This document shows, piece after piece, positions 46,110 through 56,152 of a stretch of DNA of 64,000 nt (its first letter is position 1; each line of letters opens with the position of its first letter). The translations under genes were made by a program, and so were the position numbers. The stretch covers positions 713,573 through 777,572 of the forward strand of contig CAWCRS010000003.1 of the NCBI GenBank assembly GCA_963798085.1. The letters run 5' to 3'. This DNA is from an uncultured Gemmatimonadales bacterium (GTDB taxonomy: Bacteria; Gemmatimonadota; Gemmatimonadetes; Longimicrobiales; RSA9). A model generated the notes under the pieces. It searched no databases. It worked only from the letters and a program-made list of their open reading frames with translations, and had not been told where the DNA came from.

Positions 46110-46787
46110 TTACTGGCTGATTTCGATGACGTTGCCGAGCGGGATCGTGATCGAGCCGCTCGACAGCACCGGCCCGCTGGCGGTGTACCTGACTCCGTCG
46201 ACGCGCAGTCGCGAGTACGTGGTCACGCTGACCGCCGTGCCCGCGCTGTCCTTCACATCGAGGCTGTAGGTGTACTGACCGGCCGGCACGTTGCCGACCA
46301 GCTTGCTCAGGTCGATGTTCTGGTCACCGGCATCCAGCCGGCCCACATCGTAGCGCGCCACTTCCTTGCCCGTGTCGTCCTTGATCACGACCTGACCGAC
46401 GCCACCCTCGCCGCCCACATTCACCTTCACATCGAGCGGGCCGCTGGCCGGCATCTGCAGCGCATCACCCTGAATGAGCACGCTCTTGCCCAGCAGCTGG
46501 GCTGCGGTGCTGGCATTGATGCTCTGGATCAGCGAATCATTGCCTGCGCTCTGCGCCTTCAGCTCGTCGCCGATGTTAATGAGCTGTTCGACCGCCGAGA
46601 ACTGCGCCAGCTGAGCCGCCATTTCCTTGGGATCCGCGGGATTCATGGGGTCCTGGTTGCGCAGCTGGGATACCAGAAGCTGCAGGAAGTCGTCCTTGCC
46701 GAGGACGCTGCCTGCTGTGGCCGCCGCCGCGCTCGACGTCGAGCTGGCTGTCGTGCTGCCGCCGGCACTCGTGATGGGATCGATCAT
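46110..46787 (-). CDS. flgD: hook capping protein FlgD
   Basis: Contains LGKDDFLQLLVSQLRNQDPMNP plus an Ig-like C-domain. The ATG at 46787 overlaps the fliK stop (ATGA). The track ORF extends to 46856. Confidence 0.9.
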   Translation of the reverse strand: MIDPITSAGGSTTASSTSSAAAATAGSVLGKDDFLQLLVSQLRNQDPMNPADPKEMAAQLAQFSAVEQLINIGDELKAQSAGNDSLIQSINASTAAQLLGKSVLIQGDALQMPASGPLDVKVNVGGEGGVGQVVIKDDTGKEVARYDVGRLDAGDQNIDLSKLVGNVPAGQYTYSLDVKDSAGTAVSVTTYSRLRVDGVRYTASGPVLSSGSITIPLGNVIEISQ

Positions 46788-48877
46788 TTGCCATTCTCCT
46801 TGCCATGTCTCCGGGCGTTCCGGTGTTCCTGCTGCGCGCCGCCCTGGCGGGCCCACGCGCTTTCGTTCTGGTTGCTGCCATTGCCTTTGTTGCGCGACGC
46901 GTCCCTGCCCGCCTGCGGCATCACCAGCGGCGAGGCCTCGCCTGCTTCGCGGATCAGTACCGAAGCATCCAGCCCCCGCCGTTCGAGGATCTGACGCAGT
47001 TCGCCGGTGTGCGTGGCCAGCTGCGCCGCGGCCGTCGGATCAGTCACATCAATGGCCGCATTCACGCTGGTGCCGCGCAGGCCCACGCGGATGCGGGCGG
47101 CATCACTGCCATCGGCGCCCGTGATGTGGAGTGTGACGCCGGAGGCAGGCGAGGCTTGCGCCGCATCCTGCAGCGCGAGTACACGCGCCACGCGTGCGCC
47201 AATGTCCACGCCCTGCGCTGCGCCCGCGCCCGCCGCCTGCTGCGGCTGCGATCCGGCCACGGCGCGCCAGAGCGCGCGGGCCGCGTCGTCGCCCTGCAAA
47301 CCTGCGGTCAGCGGATCCGCGCTGCTGCGACCATCACCATCACTGCTCGTGCCCTGCTCGCGCAGAGCGGCCGCCAGCTGGCTGGCCCGTGTGTTGCGCG
47401 CGGTCAGACTGCCCGTGTCCGTGGTCTGCGGCGCACCGGCGGTCGTGTTGACCGTGGCCCCGGATGCGGCCGCGAGTGCGCCTCGCGCCGCCGCAGTGAC
47501 CGCGGCCGGTGCCTCCAGCAGGCTGGCCACGCGCGCCACCTGCGCGGTCGCCGCCACTGTCGCCACCGGCGCGGGCGCCGAAGCGTCTCCGCTCATGACC
47601 GGCGGGGCTGCGGAGCGGCCGCCTTCCAGCGCACCGTCAGGAGCCAGCTGGCGAATGGTCTGCATGTCGCCCGCCGCGCCGCGCAGTTCGATGTGACCGG
47701 GATCGGACGGGCCCAGTGTGCTCAGTCCTTCCTGTGCGCAGAGCTGCGCCAGGCGGGCGTACTGGGCGTCGTCGCCTCCCTCGATGACGACATTGGCCGC
47801 GAGGCCGGCAGTGTGGTTCGAGTGCTTCGTCCACGTCACCGTCTGGCCCGGCTGCGTGCGACCCTGCGCGTACAGCGCATCCTGCCGCGGCTGCGAGCGC
47901 CAGGTCTCGACCACGTGCACATCCTCGCCGAATTCCTGCTTCATGCGCTCGATCACACGCTCCAGCTTCGTGCGGAACTCGGGCGCCAGTGCGTCCAGCG
48001 AACGTTGCACGTGTGTGCTGTCCGTATCCGTCGCCACCGGTTGCGCCAGCGCCGCGGCTGCGGCCTGTGCGGCAGCCGCGCTGTCCGCGGCATTGGAGGC
48101 GACACTGTTCTTCTGTGCGCCGGCGTTGTCAGAGGCGGCCGCACCGCTGCCAGCGGTCGGGGCCGGAGTGCGGTTGTCTGACTGGCTGTTAGGATCGTCC
48201 GTCGCCGTGCCGCCGCTGGCGCGGCCTGCCGCGGAGGCGCTGCGGCGCGACCCCTGGTCCGTGGCTGTGGCATCATCCAGCGCCTGCGCGGTGGCCCGTA
48301 TGGCTGCCCGCCGCGTGCCCGGGTCGCCCGGCTCACTCGCCGTTGCCTCCGGCTGCATCAGGCCGGCCGGCCTTGCCGTGCCGCCATGGCCCGCGTCGCT
48401 GGCCGGGGCCCGTGCGCGGGCCAGCAGCAGTCCGAAGTCCGGACTGCCTGACACGGTATTATCGTTGCCCGGGTACGCCGCCGCCTGGGCGAGGCGTCCG
48501 TTGGCATTGCTGCCGTGGGCGCGCGTCTCGACGGACGCACTCGCGCCCGACAGCAGGCCGGCCACGCCGGCTTTGAGACGTCCCGCGGCTGCACGCGCTT
48601 CACCCGCATCCTGCATTGCGTCACCGCCTGTGTCATTGGTACTGCTGCCTGTTGCTGACGCGGCACCCGTCGCCCCGTCACCCACCACCTCCGCGTCATC
48701 CATGAAGCGGGCGAGAAGACTGCCAAACCCCGGTACCGCCCTGCCCCGTTCAGCGCGCAGGCGGACGTCTGACGACGTCGCCTGCAGACCGGCCAGGGCC
48801 CGCTGCCCCGCGTGCTCACGCAACGGTGCAGAGTTCGGCGATTGCGCGCCGATCGCGGAGCCCGGGATCATCGCCAT
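46784..48877 (-). CDS. fliK: hook-length control protein FliK with an embedded M15/LAS peptidase-like domain
   Basis: 697 aa. The N-terminus is FliK-like (GFGSLLARFMDD) with low-complexity ruler sequence. Residues 293-400 carry the peptidase-like pattern. The C-terminus is a T3S4/Flg_hook-type domain (GVTLHITGADGSDAARIRVGLRGTSVNAAIDVTDPTAAAQL...LRQILERRGL). Confidence 0.8.
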   Translation of the reverse strand: MAMIPGSAIGAQSPNSAPLREHAGQRALAGLQATSSDVRLRAERGRAVPGFGSLLARFMDDAEVVGDGATGAASATGSSTNDTGGDAMQDAGEARAAAGRLKAGVAGLLSGASASVETRAHGSNANGRLAQAAAYPGNDNTVSGSPDFGLLLARARAPASDAGHGGTARPAGLMQPEATASEPGDPGTRRAAIRATAQALDDATATDQGSRRSASAAGRASGGTATDDPNSQSDNRTPAPTAGSGAAASDNAGAQKNSVASNAADSAAAAQAAAAALAQPVATDTDSTHVQRSLDALAPEFRTKLERVIERMKQEFGEDVHVVETWRSQPRQDALYAQGRTQPGQTVTWTKHSNHTAGLAANVVIEGGDDAQYARLAQLCAQEGLSTLGPSDPGHIELRGAAGDMQTIRQLAPDGALEGGRSAAPPVMSGDASAPAPVATVAATAQVARVASLLEAPAAVTAAARGALAAASGATVNTTAGAPQTTDTGSLTARNTRASQLAAALREQGTSSDGDGRSSADPLTAGLQGDDAARALWRAVAGSQPQQAAGAGAAQGVDIGARVARVLALQDAAQASPASGVTLHITGADGSDAARIRVGLRGTSVNAAIDVTDPTAAAQLATHTGELRQILERRGLDASVLIREAGEASPLVMPQAGRDASRNKGNGSNQNESAWARQGGAQQEHRNARRHGKENGK

Positions 48878-48888
48878 GCCGGAACCGA

Positions 48889-49446
48889 CTACCGCCCGGC
48901 CAGCAAAGCCTTCGCGATGGCCGTGCCCCGTTCACCCTTGAACTTGGCCAGGATCGCTGCGGCCTTGCGTTCCGAGAGAGTCAACAGCACTGCCTTCACC
49001 GGAGCATCCTCCAGCGGTTCCAGGATGCGTGCCGCTTCTTCCGGCCGCATCGCTGCGAGAATGCGCGCCAGCCGCGCGGGAGGCGCATTGTGCGCGCTGA
49101 GTGAATCGAGGCGCATGCTGTCCGCGGGCGAGGTCTCCGGTGGCTTCGCGCCCGCGCTGGCCGCTGCGTGCTGCGCCTCGCCGGCTGCGGCTTCGTGCGC
49201 CTGCGCGCTGTCGCCCGTCATGGCGCTGGCCGCCGCCGAGTCAGGCTGCGCGTCTTCTGCCTGCCCCGTCGCGTTCGCCGCGGAATCCGCGGCCAGCGAG
49301 TCGGCGCGCAGAGAATCGGCCTTGAGCGAGCCGGCCGCCATTTCGGCGGCGTACCGGGTCGCGGCCTTGCGCATGGAAACGGTGGTGCCGCCGCCCGCGC
49401 CCAGCGCGAAGCACACGGTCGCGGCAATCACGACTTTCATGTTCAT
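48889..49446 (-). CDS. flagellar-locus protein with MgtE-N-like domain (YlxF/FlbB position)
   Basis: 185 aa with an N-terminal TM and the C-terminus [44 protein letters not shown]. It lies between fliJ and fliK, as in the Bacillus fla/che operon. Confidence 0.5.
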   Translation of the reverse strand: MNMKVVIAATVCFALGAGGGTTVSMRKAATRYAAEMAAGSLKADSLRADSLAADSAANATGQAEDAQPDSAAASAMTGDSAQAHEAAAGEAQHAAASAGAKPPETSPADSMRLDSLSAHNAPPARLARILAAMRPEEAARILEPLEDAPVKAVLLTLSERKAAAILAKFKGERGTAIAKALLAGR

Positions 49447-49904
49447 GAAACGTCATCCTCCTGCTGGCGGCGCGTGAACCGGGCGAGCGCCACAGCATCC
49501 ATCGTCGTGCGGTCCAGCCGCTCCTCGCCTTCCCGCCACAGTGTGAGATAGCGCTCGCGCAGCCGGTCCATGACCTGACGCTGCGTTAGAGCGTGCCGGA
49601 ATTCATTGCGCGCCGTGTCCACGCGCGCGCCGGCTTCTTCCTGCGCCTTTTCCGCAACCGCCAGGTGTTCGTCGAGCTGCGCAATGAACAGCGCCATCTG
49701 CTGCAGCGTCCCTGCCGGCGCGGGTGTGCCGCTGCCACGGCTGGTGCCTTCGACCCCGCGATTGCGCGCGGCTTCGATGGCCAGGCGCTTCTGTTCGGCC
49801 AGTACCGCCTCGTTGTGCGCTTCCGCGAGCCGGGTGGCACTTTCCTTTTCCCGCTGCTCCCGTACTTCGAGCACCTTCTGCAGGCGAAACCGGAATCCAC
49901 TCAC
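49443..49904 (-). CDS. fliJ: flagellar export chaperone/stalk FliJ
   Basis: 154-aa coiled-coil protein ([26 protein letters not shown]...). The GTG at 49904 overlaps the fliI stop (GTGA). In the track it is hidden in the 3' part of ORF 49443..50798. Confidence 0.65.
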   Translation of the reverse strand: MSGFRFRLQKVLEVREQREKESATRLAEAHNEAVLAEQKRLAIEAARNRGVEGTSRGSGTPAPAGTLQQMALFIAQLDEHLAVAEKAQEEAGARVDTARNEFRHALTQRQVMDRLRERYLTLWREGEERLDRTTMDAVALARFTRRQQEDDVS

Positions 49905-51238
49905 GATGCACCACCCGCCACGATTTTCGCCGCCAGCTCCAGCACGGCCTTTCTCGTATCGCCGAAACCCGTGCGCTCTGTCGGCGACTGCACCAGGAAC
50001 GATTCCAGCGCGGGCCGCACGCGCAGTGCGGTGTCCAGCAGTGCGTCCGTGCCCGGCTGGTAGGCGCCCACGGCGATCAGGTCTTCCTTTTCGCGGTAGG
50101 CCGCCATGCATGCGCATCACCAGGTCGGCCGCCCGCCGGTGCTCGGCATCGGCCACGTGGTCGCGCACACGGCTGCTGCTCTCCAGCGCATCGATCGCGG
50201 GGAAGTGCGACGCCATGGCCAGCTTGCGCGTCAGCACGATGTGCCCGTCCAGGATCGAGCGCGCGGCGTCGGCCACCGGCTCGTTGAAGTCATCGCCTTC
50301 GACGAGCACCGTGTAGATGCCGCTGATCGCGCCATCGGCCGCGTTGCCGGCGCGCTCCAGCAGCCGGGGCAGTGCCGCGAACACGGAAGGCGGATAACCC
50401 TTCGTCGTGGGCGGCTCGCCTACCGCCAGTCCGATCTCGCGCCAGGCCATCGCCACGCGCGTGATCGAGTCGACCATGAGCAGCACGTGCTTGCCCTGGT
50501 CGCGGTAATACTCGGCGATGGCCGTGGCGAACTGCGCGCCGCGCGCGCGGATCAGTGCGGCCTCGTCGCCCGTCGCCACGATGACCACCGAGCGCGCCAG
50601 GCCTTCCGGGCCCAGCGAGTTCTCGATGAAGTCGCGCACCTCGCGGCCGCGCTCGCCCAGCAGCGCGATCACGTTGACGTCGGCCGACGTGTTGCGCGCG
50701 ATCATGCCGAGCAGCGTGCTCTTGCCGACGCCGCTGCCCGAGAAGATGCCGACGCGCTGGCCCCTGCCGATGGTGAGCAGGCCGTCGATGGCGCGCACAC
50801 CGGTCGTGCAGCGGCTCGCCGATCATGCGGCGCTCGAGCGGGTTCGGCGGGTTGGTCTGCCATGGGCACGCGCGCGGTTGCCGCGCGGACCTGGCCCTTG
50901 CCGTCGATCGGGATGACCGAGGCCGTTGAGCACGCGGCCGAGCAGCGCCGGGCCCGACGTCCGGCGCCCAGGGAGCGGCCCAGCGGCTGCACGCAGGCTG
51001 CCGGGGTGCAGGCCATCCAGCTCGCCCAGCGGCATCAGCAGCACGCCGCGCTCGTGGAAGCCGACGACTTCGGCGAGCACCGTGTGACTCGCCGCGCGTC
51101 GCGCGCACACGGCACAGCTCGCCCAGTGCCACGTCCATGCCCGAGGCCTCGATGACGAGCCCGACCACGCGCGTCGTGCGGCCGAGGCCAATGGAAGCGC
51201 GTCGACGCTCTCCACCTGCGGATCAGTGACTCAACCAT
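49901..51238 (-). pseudogene. fliI: flagellar ATPase FliI, at least 6 frame disruptions
   Basis: Conserved pieces are scattered over all three frames. In order they read MVESLIRR / VESVDALPL / GRTTRVVGLVIEASGMDVALGELCRV / HTVLAEVVGFHERGVLLMPLGELDGL...LLGRVLNGLG / PIDGKGQVRAATARVP / [15 protein letters not shown] / [31 protein letters not shown]...(Walker A, B) / [18 protein letters not shown].... The fragments lie in ORFs 50823..51215, 50290..51168, 50702..51016, 49443..50798 and 49901..50107. Confidence 0.85.
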
Positions 51239-51916
51239 CGACCAGCCGGTGGTAGATGCGTTCCAGCCATGGTCGACGCGGCCGTCGATCACGCGGTGTC
51301 GGCCCTTCGACCATGCAGCCGCCCGGCTGGATGTCGGGGTCGGCGACCCAGCGCGACTTCGCGCCCCGGTGCGATCGAGATGTTGCCGCCATCCGCGGCT
51401 GTGGCGGAGAGTCATGGACAGATCCTGCGGGTGCAGGCGCACGCGCAGCGGCTCGTCCACCGGGAACTGCGCCAGCGCCCGCCGTGTCAGATCGGCGACA
51501 ATGTGCGCGTCACCGGTCAGCTCGCGTCCAACCAGCTGTTTGGCCACGGCCACGGCCAGCGCGCAGATGTTCTCGCGCGCGTTGTCCACCCATGTGCCCT
51601 CGCCGGCGCTCAGCTGTTCCATCACGCTGGCCAGCGCACCGAGCGCCGAGCGCACGCCCGCGGCTTGACGCTGCATGGTCTCGGCGGCGCCTTCGTCGAA
51701 GCCGCGCTGATAGGCTTCTTCCAGCTCGGCCTGGCGCTCGAGGGCCGCGCGCCGGTCGGCTTCGCGCCGCTCGCCCACGCCACGCAGTGCTTCGCCCGGT
51801 GCGGGCGGCATGGGTTGCGCGGCCACCTCGTCGGGCGACCACGTGTCGGGCACCACGCCGACCTTTTCCGGCAGCGGCGCCAGCGATGTCGCGATCCAGT
51901 CAGAGGACCATGTCAT
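51231..51916 (-). pseudogene. fliH: flagellar export regulator FliH, about 4 frame disruptions in the 3' end
   Basis: ORF 51035..51916 reads as FliH up to ...LRVRLHPQDLSM. The rest is recovered only by frame hopping: LSATAADGGNISIAPGREVA / WVADPDIQPGGCMVEGPT / RVIDGRVD / WLERIYHRLVDG*. The predicted stop is at 51231-51233. Confidence 0.75.
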
Positions 51917-52893
51917 CGTCGCTGCCTCCGATCACGATCTCGCCCGCCGCCTCCAGTGCACGCACCATCTTCACGATCGCCGTCTGCGCGCTCTCCACAT
52001 CGCGCAGCCGCACGGGTCCGAGGAAGCCCATTTCCTCACGCAGCGCGTCGGCCGCGCGGCTCGACATGAGCGACAGGATACGCTGTTTGAGCGGATCGCT
52101 CGCCGCCTTGAGCGCGAGCGCCAGTTCTTTCATCTGCACGTCCTTCAGGACGCGCTGCAGCGAGCGATCGTCCAGCCGCACAATGTCCTCGAACACGAAC
52201 ATCAGGTTCTTGATCTGCTCGGACAGTGTCGGATCCCTGGCGGCGATGCTCTCGAGCAGTTCCTTCTCCACCGAGCCGGTCATCCGGTTGAGCACGGTGG
52301 CGACCGCCTGCGGTCCGCCGGCCACGCTCAGGTCCTTCGTGATGGACACGGTCGACTCGCTGCCGTAGCAGCGTTCGAGCACCTGCAGCACTTCCGGCAG
52401 CACCTTGTCCAGGCGAGCCAGGCGCAGCAGGATCTCGCCGCCCAGCTCGGTGGGTAACTGCTTGAGGATCGCGGCCGTCTGGTCCGCCTCGAGGTGCGCC
52501 ATGAGCAGCGCCACTGTCTGTGGATGCTCGGCACGCAGCAGTGCGCTGATCTGTGTGGGATCGGCGTTGCGCAGATTGCGGAAGCCCGCGTTCTCACGCA
52601 GCTGTGCTTCGATCCGCTTCAGGATGCCTGGCTGCTTTCTGTGGCCCGATCGCCTGCTCCAGCACCTGACGCGCGTAGTCGACGCCGCCTTCCGCGATGG
52701 AGTTCGCCGCCGTCTCCATCTGGCCCCACTCACCCAGGACCTCGGTCACGATTTCCGTGGGCACGCGCTCGATGCGCGCGATCTCGAAGGAGATCTCTTC
52801 GATCTCCTGCGGCGTGAAAGTCCTGGTCACTTCGGCCGCCGTCTGCGGCCCCATGGCCATCAGCACGATCGCGGCCTTCTGTTTGCCGGACAT
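51900..52893 (-). pseudogene. fliG: rotor switch protein FliG, one frame disruption
   Basis: The N-fragment is ORF 52594..52893 (MSGKQKAAIVLMAMGPQTAAEV...). The C-fragment is ORF 51900..52733 (...ILKRIEAQL...MFVFEDIVRLDDRSLQRVLKDV...). The junction lies at about 52636-52642. Confidence 0.9.
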
Positions 52894-52937
52894 GTCCTCG
52901 ATCGGCGAGCGCCTGCGCGACGCGGCGGGTTGTCACG

Positions 52938-54405
52938 TCACGACTCCTTCATCCAGGCGCGCAGCATGCGCGCGGCCGTTTCCGGACTGTCCGCCGAGCG
53001 TTGCAGCATGGCCGCGAACGGCGAGGGCGCTATGACCGGCGCTTCCGGAAATTGCAGCGCTTCGGCTCTGCCGCCAGCCGCCGCGGGCAGTGCGCCGCGC
53101 GCCGCCGGAGAGGGCACGGCCGCAGCCGCGCGCAGTGCCTTCATCAGCTGCAGTGCGACCACAAACGCGAGCGCCAGTCCAATGCTCATGAAGATCTCGT
53201 TCCTGTAGCGCGGCACCATCATGAGGACCGATGGCTTGCTGACCGGTTCCTGGGTGGGCACGCTGACCGAGAACGGCGCCGACATGACGGTGATCGCATC
53301 GCCGCGCGTCTTGTCCAGGCCAATGGCGTTGGAGACCAGCTGGTCCACGCGCGACAGCTCATCCGGCGTCCACGGCTGCGGCGTCTTGCCATCGGCCGCC
53401 GTGCGCTCATTCAGCATCACCGCGACCGTCAGCCGGTGCACCGTGCCGGCGGCGCCGGAGAAGGTCTCGATGCTCTTCGTCGTCTCGTAACTCGCCGATG
53501 ATGCCGATGACGCCGCGCCCACCTGGCCTGGACTGGGCATGATATCGGAGCGCTCTTCCTTGGTCGTGACCTGCTCGTCCGGATTCAGCTTCTGCGTCGT
53601 GCGATCGATCTTGTCGAAGTTCAGGTCGGCGGCCACGCGAACACGCGCGTTACCCGTGCCCACGGTCTGCCCGACCAGGTCTTCGGCCTTGTGCTCGAGG
53701 TAGGCTTCCACGTCGCGGCGCATCTGCAGCTGGCGCTTGCTCAGTCCCGCCGCCGAGCCCGGCTCCACCGCGGCCGTCAGCAGGTGACCCGCATCATCCA
53801 GCACCGTCACGCGATCGCTTTCCAGGCCGTCCACGCTGCTCGCGACGAGCGAGGAGATGGCATCCACCAGCTCTTCGCCCGGCCGCGTGCCGCCCCGCGT
53901 AGCGTCAGCACCACCGACGCAGCTTCCGGCTGACTCGTCTTGCGGAACCCCGACGACTCGTTGATCGCAATGTGCACCGCGCAGACTGCACACCGCGCAT
54001 CTCGCCGATCGTGCGCTCCAGCTCGCCTTCCAGCGCCCGCCGGTAGTTGATGCGCTGCGTGAAGTCGGTCATGCCCCAGGCCGGCTTGTCGAACAGCTCG
54101 AAGCCCGGGCGGCCCTTGGCCGGCAGACCATCCCGCGCCAGTGCGACTCTCGCCTTGGCCAGGTCGCTTTCCGCGACCAGGATCCTGCGAGCCGCCATTT
54201 CCAGCTGGTATTTAATGCCCTGTTCGTCCAGCTTGGTCGTGACCTGGCTCACTTCGTCCAGCGAGAGCCCGGGCATGAGCGGCACATAGTCGGGCCGCGC
54301 GGCAATGCGCGCGATCCACAGGATCCCCACAATGGAAGCGGCACCTGCTGCCAGGATGACAAAGGAACGCCCGCGACCGGCGCGCTCCATCCAGTTCCGA
54401 AGCAA
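52938..54405 (-). pseudogene. fliF: MS-ring protein FliF, two frame disruptions
   Basis: The N-fragment is ORF 53905..54405. The segment VHIAINESSGFRKTSQPEAASVVLTLRG is in the third frame. The C-fragment is ORF 52938..53993. The junctions lie at about 53977-53982 and at the C4 run 53893-53896. Confidence 0.9.
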
Positions 54406-54442
54406 TCCGGCATCGTCGCCACGGCTCAGGAATTCTCTCTGA

Positions 54443-54780
54443 TCAGGTCTGCATGTTGATCACCGTGCGGTATGCCTCGGTGATCTTGTTGCGGATCTCG
54501 ATGAGCAACTCGAGGGCGAGGCCGGCTTCTTCACTCGCCGCCATCACATCGTGCAGTTCCACGGGATCGCCACGCACGAACGCGGCAATCGCGTCGCTCG
54601 CCGTGTCCTGCAGCTCACTCACTTCTCCAATCGCCTGCTTGAGCGCGTCGCCGAACGAAGGGCCGGGCGTGAAGCCCAGCTCCAGCTTGCGGAAATCCTG
54701 CGGCCGCGGACCGCCGACGCCCTGCGGACCCTGCAGCGTGCCGCCACTCTGCACCGCGCCCACACCCTGATCGCGCTCAT
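54443..54780 (-). pseudogene. fliE: flagellar rod/MS-ring adaptor FliE, frame disruption at codon 5
   Basis: The ATG at 54780 gives MSAI. The frame is then lost. The next frame gives QGVGAVQSGG...FGDALKQAIGEVSELQDTASDAI...LIEIRNKITEAYRTVINMQT. The span is 338 nt, which is not a multiple of 3. The missing base is at about 54769. Confidence 0.8.
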
Positions 54781-54782
54781 GC

Positions 54783-55115
54783 TCAGACCGTCCGATCAAT
54801 GCGCGCGCCGCGCACCAGGCCCGGCGGAATGTTGGCGCTGCCCGGTCCGTAGGTGAGCGGCCCCGACGACTGCAGCCGCGAGAAGAACTGCCGCTCCTCC
54901 GCCGACAGCACACTCCACAGCTCGGGATCCGTGCCCGGCGGCGCTTCCGCCGGAATCGCGCCATTGTCGGCGACGATGCCCGTCGGTGTCTGCTTCGTTG
55001 CCGGCACATTCGCCGGCAGCCGCTGCAGCCCCGTCGACTCCGGCCTCGCCGGCCGAGGCCCGATGCCGCCCGGCCCGTAGCTGCCAAACCCGCCGTTAAC
55101 CCCCTGAATCGCCAC
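54783..55115 (-). CDS. hypothetical 110-aa protein between flgC and fliE
   Basis: It starts at a GTG preceded by AGGAGC. It is Pro- and Gly-rich and contains PELWSVLSAEERQFFSRL. No family was recognised. Confidence 0.4.
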   Translation of the reverse strand: MAIQGVNGGFGSYGPGGIGPRPARPESTGLQRLPANVPATKQTPTGIVADNGAIPAEAPPGTDPELWSVLSAEERQFFSRLQSSGPLTYGPGSANIPPGLVRGARIDRTV

Positions 55116-55222
55116 TGTTGCTCCTCGTTCCTTCGTCTGCCTTACAGTCTGTTATGGCAATCCCGCGCGCCCGTCTCTCTCGTTTCCTTCTGCCCGACAT
55201 TGCGTTTCTGGTTCAATCTGTT

Positions 55223-55246
55223 CCCCAGCCCCAGCCCGAGCCCCAG
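55223..55246 (-). repeat. inverted copy of the GGGCTCGGGCTGGGG repeat
   Basis: The plus strand reads ccccagccccagcccgagccccag. Confidence 0.55.
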
Positions 55247-55267
55247 AAACGTTTCTGCCGTTTCCGT

Positions 55268-55793
55268 TCAGATCTGCGTCGCCCGCTGCAGCATGTTCTT
55301 GATCGCCTGGAACACCGTCGCGTTCGCTTCGTACATGCGCCTCGACTCCATCAGGCGAACCGTCTCCTGCGTCAGGTCGACATTGGGCATGTGCACGTAG
55401 CCATTGGCGTCGGCGTCCGGGTGGCCCGGGTCATAGACCATGGGTCCGTGCGTCTGGTCCTGCGCAATGCCCGTCACCGCCACACCGCCTTCCTGCTCCA
55501 CCTGCGGCAGCGGCAGTTCGCCTGCCAGCTCGCCCGACGGGTAGAATGCGACCCGCCTCGAGATAGCCCGCCTGCGGCACGTAGACCTGCTCCGCCAGCT
55601 GCGCCTCGCGCCGCTGATACGGTCCGCCCTGCGGCGTGCGCGTGGTCTCGGCGTTGGCAATGTTCGAGACGATCATGTCAATGCGCTGCCGCTGCGCGCT
55701 CAGTCCGCTCGCCGAAATGCTCAGCGAACGGAACATCGGGCGGATCGCGCCCGGCAGCTGCATCAGCGAAGCACCGATACGACGAATGTCCAT
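55268..55793 (-). pseudogene. flgC: proximal rod protein FlgC, one frame disruption
   Basis: The N-fragment is ORF 55431..55793 (...FRSLSISASGLSAQRQRIDMIVSNIANAETTRT...). The C-fragment is ORF 55268..55660 (...GYVHMPNVDLTQETVRLMESRRMYEANATVFQAIKNMLQRATQI). The junction is at the C3 run 55552-55554. Confidence 0.9.
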
Positions 55794-55795
55794 GA

Positions 55796-56116
55796 CTAGC
55801 GCTCCCGTACGCTCGAGCGTACCTGCGTATACGTCTGCTGCAGCAGCCGGGTCAGTGCCTCGTACCGGATCTGCTCATCCGCCAGCGACACCATCTCCTG
55901 CTCCACATCGACGCCTTCTTCCGGCAGTCCCGCATTCGCCGCGTTCGCGGGATTCGCGGGATCCGCCGTCTGCGCCGCGTTCAGCGCGCCCGCGAAGCCC
56001 GGCGTCGAGGCATTCGCCACGCGATGCGCAATGCCACGCGCTCGCGCACTCGAAGCATCGAGGCCGCTCCTGAGCAGCGCAGCTGCGGACTCCGGTCCCA
56101 TCAGCCGTGTGAACAT
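55796..56116 (-). CDS. flgB: proximal rod protein FlgB
   Basis: 106 aa. It contains ARARGIAHRVANASTPGF and the C-terminus VDVEQEMVSLADEQIRYEALTRLL. It is the first gene of the operon. Confidence 0.8.
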   Translation of the reverse strand: MFTRLMGPESAAALLRSGLDASSARARGIAHRVANASTPGFAGALNAAQTADPANPANAANAGLPEEGVDVEQEMVSLADEQIRYEALTRLLQQTYTQVRSSVRER

Positions 56117-56152
56117 CGTCGTTCATCCTCCGAACAGTCGCCATCCCCCGAA

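Noticed and set aside
49443-50798. The 451-aa track ORF taken as one gene.
   Set aside because: It is a chimera. It combines the FliI core in frame, about 70 aa of wrong-frame read-through after the indel near 50090, and then FliJ, which has its own GTG at 49904.
54443-55087. The 214-aa track ORF taken as one gene.
   Set aside because: Only the last 105 aa or so are FliE. The Arg-rich N-terminal two thirds are the wrong frame of the upstream 110-aa ORF region.
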